A DNA stretch of 63,763 bases, counting the filler, from Folioceros fuciformis (taxonomy: Eukaryota): NCBI GenBank assembly GCA_049999805.1. It is 25 parts of 25 records of this genome, joined end to end, with 100 filler letters (N's around TTAATTAATTAA, not from the genome) between each part and the next. Parts side by side here need not be neighbours in the genome. Positions count along the whole stretch, not along the records: positions 60,991 to 62,294 come from JBNGIO010007045.1; positions 62,395 to 63,763 come from JBNGIO010007046.1; 23 more parts are not named here. One strand, given 5' to 3'. Both the position numbers and the translations under genes were made by a program. Below the pieces are notes generated by a model, which searched no databases, had not been told where the DNA came from, and saw nothing but the letters and a program-made list of their open reading frames with translations. Every line of letters starts with the position of its first letter. The first letter of the stretch is position 1. Shown here one piece after another: positions 60,891 through 63,763 of this stretch.

Positions 60891-61919
60891 NNNNNNNNNN
60901 NNNNNNNNNNNNNNNNNNNNNNNNNNNNNNNNNNTTAATTAATTAANNNNNNNNNNNNNNNNNNNNNNNNNNNNNNNNNNNNNNNNNNNNTCTTCAAAGA
61001 AGGGGGTGTTGACCTAGACTTTGAGATGTTGGAAAGTAGGTTTTGCTATTCATGCATTGTCTTGGATGTTGATTTTATCTTCATCTTTACCCCACCAATA
61101 GAGTGATCCTCAATTTTGATAGGTATCAACCATTAAAAAGATGTTAAGAAATCATCTGGATCTATTTGTGGATAATTTTCTTTTAAATATCTGCGAATGC
61201 TTTCTTTGCTCCTAAAGCTCTTCCTCCTATCCCCTCTCTTGTAAAATGCTCGTGGAGCGATTACAGATCTAATCCCCCAACATGGATTACGCTTTTAAGG
61301 CTTACCAAAAACTTTCTATGTCCATACATCCTTAGGACCTGGCTAAGGCATTGGAGCATATGACCACCCATATCTCGACTCTTTTCCTCTAACGTGTCGG
61401 GCTAGGAAAATCATCCGGAAGACGCTGAGGTGGAGTACTTATAACATCTTTAAATGAGTTATTTATCTTAGAATTTGACAACTCAGAGTATGAAGAATCA
61501 ACTTGAGTTGCGTTACCTTCTAAACCCTTTAAGGTTAATGACTTTGTCATTTTGATTGAACAAAAATATGTTGGGCACCTAAGATTCCCCTTGTGTTTGT
61601 TATGTGTGTGAGAACAATTATCTAGGACTATGAAGCTAACCTATTTATATAAAAATATGAGGTACCAAAAAGTATAATTCCTTTCCTTGAATTATCTACT
61701 AACTAGTGGAAATTTAGGGCAGGTTTCGTTTAGCCCTAAATTATATTATTATACAACTAGCTACTTAGGGCACGGTTGAGTTATTAGTCATTAGTCGTGA
61801 CCTGTCATAGACGGTCACGACCCATAGATAAGCAATGTGACGGTTTGTCACATGAACCTTTTAAACATTTTGCCTCCGGCGCTATAATTTAATCTTACAC
61901 AATGCTTGTAAATTCTCTA

Positions 61920-61931
61920 TGGTATCAGAGC
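61920..61931 (+). mobile_element. LTR retrotransposon primer binding site (tRNA-iMet), probably with a degraded 5' LTR upstream and gag downstream
   Basis: TGGTATCAGAGC, the canonical plant Met-tRNA PBS. Confidence 0.65.
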
Positions 61932-62394
61932 TCGCATCTTCAACCTCTACAGGAGTGAGCATGTCAGAATGTTGAATAACTAATAGGCTATTTGCAAAGC
62001 ATGCATGCTGCCTTTTGGAGAGGATGGTTAGCACGTATTGCTGTTTTTTGACACAAAAACTTACAATGTCTAATGGTATGGTGAGAAGCGTCAAAACACC
62101 TCAGCCTACAAATGCGTGCCTACAATTACAGGAAATTGCACAACTTAGAGATTTGTCTCTCATCCCTGGAAACAACATGGCCTAGACGTCAAAATCACAG
62201 AAGACGTAGAAATGACTCCCAATTCAGGCCTCACTTTAAATGGAGGGTTTCTCAGTTTCAAACTGAATCGTCTCTATCTCTGATTGTGTTCCAGNNNNNN
62301 NNNNNNNNNNNNNNNNNNNNNNNNNNNNNNNNNNNNNNTTAATTAATTAANNNNNNNNNNNNNNNNNNNNNNNNNNNNNNNNNNNNNNNNNNNN

Positions 62395-63206
62395 TTAAAC
62401 GTTTTCACTTGGACGGTTCTAAACCTATTTCCACGCCTTCTGCAGCTGGGGTAAAACTTACTGTTGATCATTCTTCTCAAACTTCTTCTGATGTGCTTCT
62501 CATAGAGATAGTTCCCTACGCAGAAGCCGTGGGCTGTCTCATTTTTCTGGCTAACTGGACAAGACCAGACATCAGTTATTCAGTGAGCATAGTATCCCAA
62601 TTTCTCAAAAATCCTGGCAAGGCTCACTAGTCTGCTGTAAAGCGAATCTACAGATACTTGAAAGGAACTTTGACCTATGGTTTGCATTACACATCAAGCG
62701 GACAGAGGGAGTTTACACTTACAGCATTTTCTGATGCTGATTGGGCTGCTGATTCGGACTCTCGACGCAGTCTGTCCACTTATGTTTTTCTCCTGGCTTC
62801 TGGTGTTGTGAACTGGTCATGCAAAAAGCAAACTTCTTTGGCTCTTTCGTCTACAGAAGCTGAATATAAGTCGCTCACTAATACTTGCAAGGAGTTAGAG
62901 TGGGAAAGACAGTTCGTAGCAGCAATTCACTTACATCAGCCAGGCCCAACTTTACTTCACTGCGATAACATGTCTGCAATTGCGTTAGTTTCCAATCCAC
63001 GGTTCCACGCTCGTACCAAACATATCGAGCTTTATTATCATTATATAAGAGACGTGGTAGAACGAGGCATAGCTATTGTTCAGTACATCAGCACAGATTT
63101 TAATACAGCTGATATTATGACCAAAGCTCTGCCACAGTCAAAACACTACCAGCATCTCGCAGCAATGGGGCTAAGAGAGTTTTCACTACCCTTATTTAAG
63201 ACATGA
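62395..63206 (+). mobile_element. Ty1/Copia pol (RT C-terminus + RNase H) with one premature stop
   Basis: PYAEAVGCLIFL..WTRPDISYSV, H*SAVKRIYRYLKGT, FSDADWAAD, SSTEAEY, CDNMSAI, HARTKHIE and ADIMTKAL. Confidence 0.93.
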
Positions 63207-63313
63207 GTATACTTCTGTGAGCTACCTGCAGTCTGCAGCTAAGGATCCTGGTTTCTTCTAGAGTTGTAGGTACTTTGGAAGGTTTCCAGGCTTTTCTCCT
63301 TCACCTGCAGGTG

Positions 63314-63763
63314 TCACAAGCTATCCTGGTCACACTCAGTGGATGAAACGTAGCTGCAGAATTTAATCGTGGGTGTGTCCGTCATACTGTATCCCAGTTG
63401 CTCTAGTTTTTCGATTATAGCCGTCAGCTCGTCCAGTGTAAGAGGGAGGTCAAAACCACAGTTCTCAGGTGTTGTAGACAGCATGTCTCTGAGCTCCAAA
63501 ACTTTTGTTCGTGCTGTCTCCATGGCTGCCTGAGTTTCTTCACACTTTAAAGCCGTCCTGCGCAGATGGCGTAATAGCTCCAAGTCAGCCTTTCGGAGCA
63601 TTGCCATTTCTGCTTGAATTGCTTCCCGTCTTGCAGATTCAGCCGAATTGCTTGGAGAGTGCGATCGAGTCTTCTTCTCCTTGGAGCTGTTGTCTGCTTC
63701 AGTGGTGATGCAGCTTTCTTCAGCATATGCTTGTGGTGGCGTCCGTCCTGTCTGGGCTGTCAG
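63314..63763 (-). CDS. Antisense coiled-coil ORF downstream of Copia pol, open to the window end
   Basis: 149 sense codons (…RREAIQAEMAMLRKADLELLRHLRRTALKCEETQAAMETARTKVLELRDML…), converging on pol. Confidence 0.45.
   Translation of the reverse strand: MTAQTGRTPPQAYAEESCITTEADNSSKEKKTRSHSPSNSAESARREAIQAEMAMLRKADLELLRHLRRTALKCEETQAAMETARTKVLELRDMLSTTPENCGFDLPLTLDELTAIIEKLEQLGYSMTDTPTIKFCSYVSSTECDQDSL

Noticed and set aside
4310-62394. Regularly recurring TTAATTAATTAA palindrome flanked by Ns, superficially like a repeat-spacer array
   Set aside because: It is an artificial six-frame-stop linker. ORFs ending in X...LIN are artefacts of it.

Overview
This is not one continuous locus. It is about 25 short eukaryotic nuclear contigs (1.2-8.4 kb) joined by an artificial 100-bp linker (44 N + TTAATTAATTAA + 44 N). 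The DNA is from a land plant with very compact genes and short GT-AG introns (~70-130 bp). A PLS-class PPR gene ending in a KP-type deaminase domain with a DRH C-terminus points to a hornwort (inference). Recognisable genes: AAE15/16-type acyl-activating enzyme, secretory-type polyphenol oxidase, GH17 glucanase, peroxisomal CHY1-like hydrolase, VAP27, an RNase III + dsRBD gene, CCT, NFRKB (split over two contigs), PAT11-like DHHC acyltransferase, thaumatin-like protein, an Sfi1/CCDC191-like repeat protein, a PAM2 protein, the PPR-DYW:KP gene, RBL13, SVR1, an SDR42E1-like protein, DGAT2 and a PGM-like phosphatase. There are also Copia and Gypsy remnants and many simple repeats. The best leads are: the candidate U-to-C RNA editing factor; a small stand-alone RNase III gene next to an inverted telomeric array; a contig bounded by a perfect 158-bp inverted repeat carrying outward-facing TATA boxes; an antisense coiled-coil ORF behind a Copia pol; and several unexpectedly intronless metabolic genes. 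I see no evidence for a multi-gene novel system, and adjacency across linkers cannot be taken as physical linkage. All family calls come from motif recognition, not database searches.
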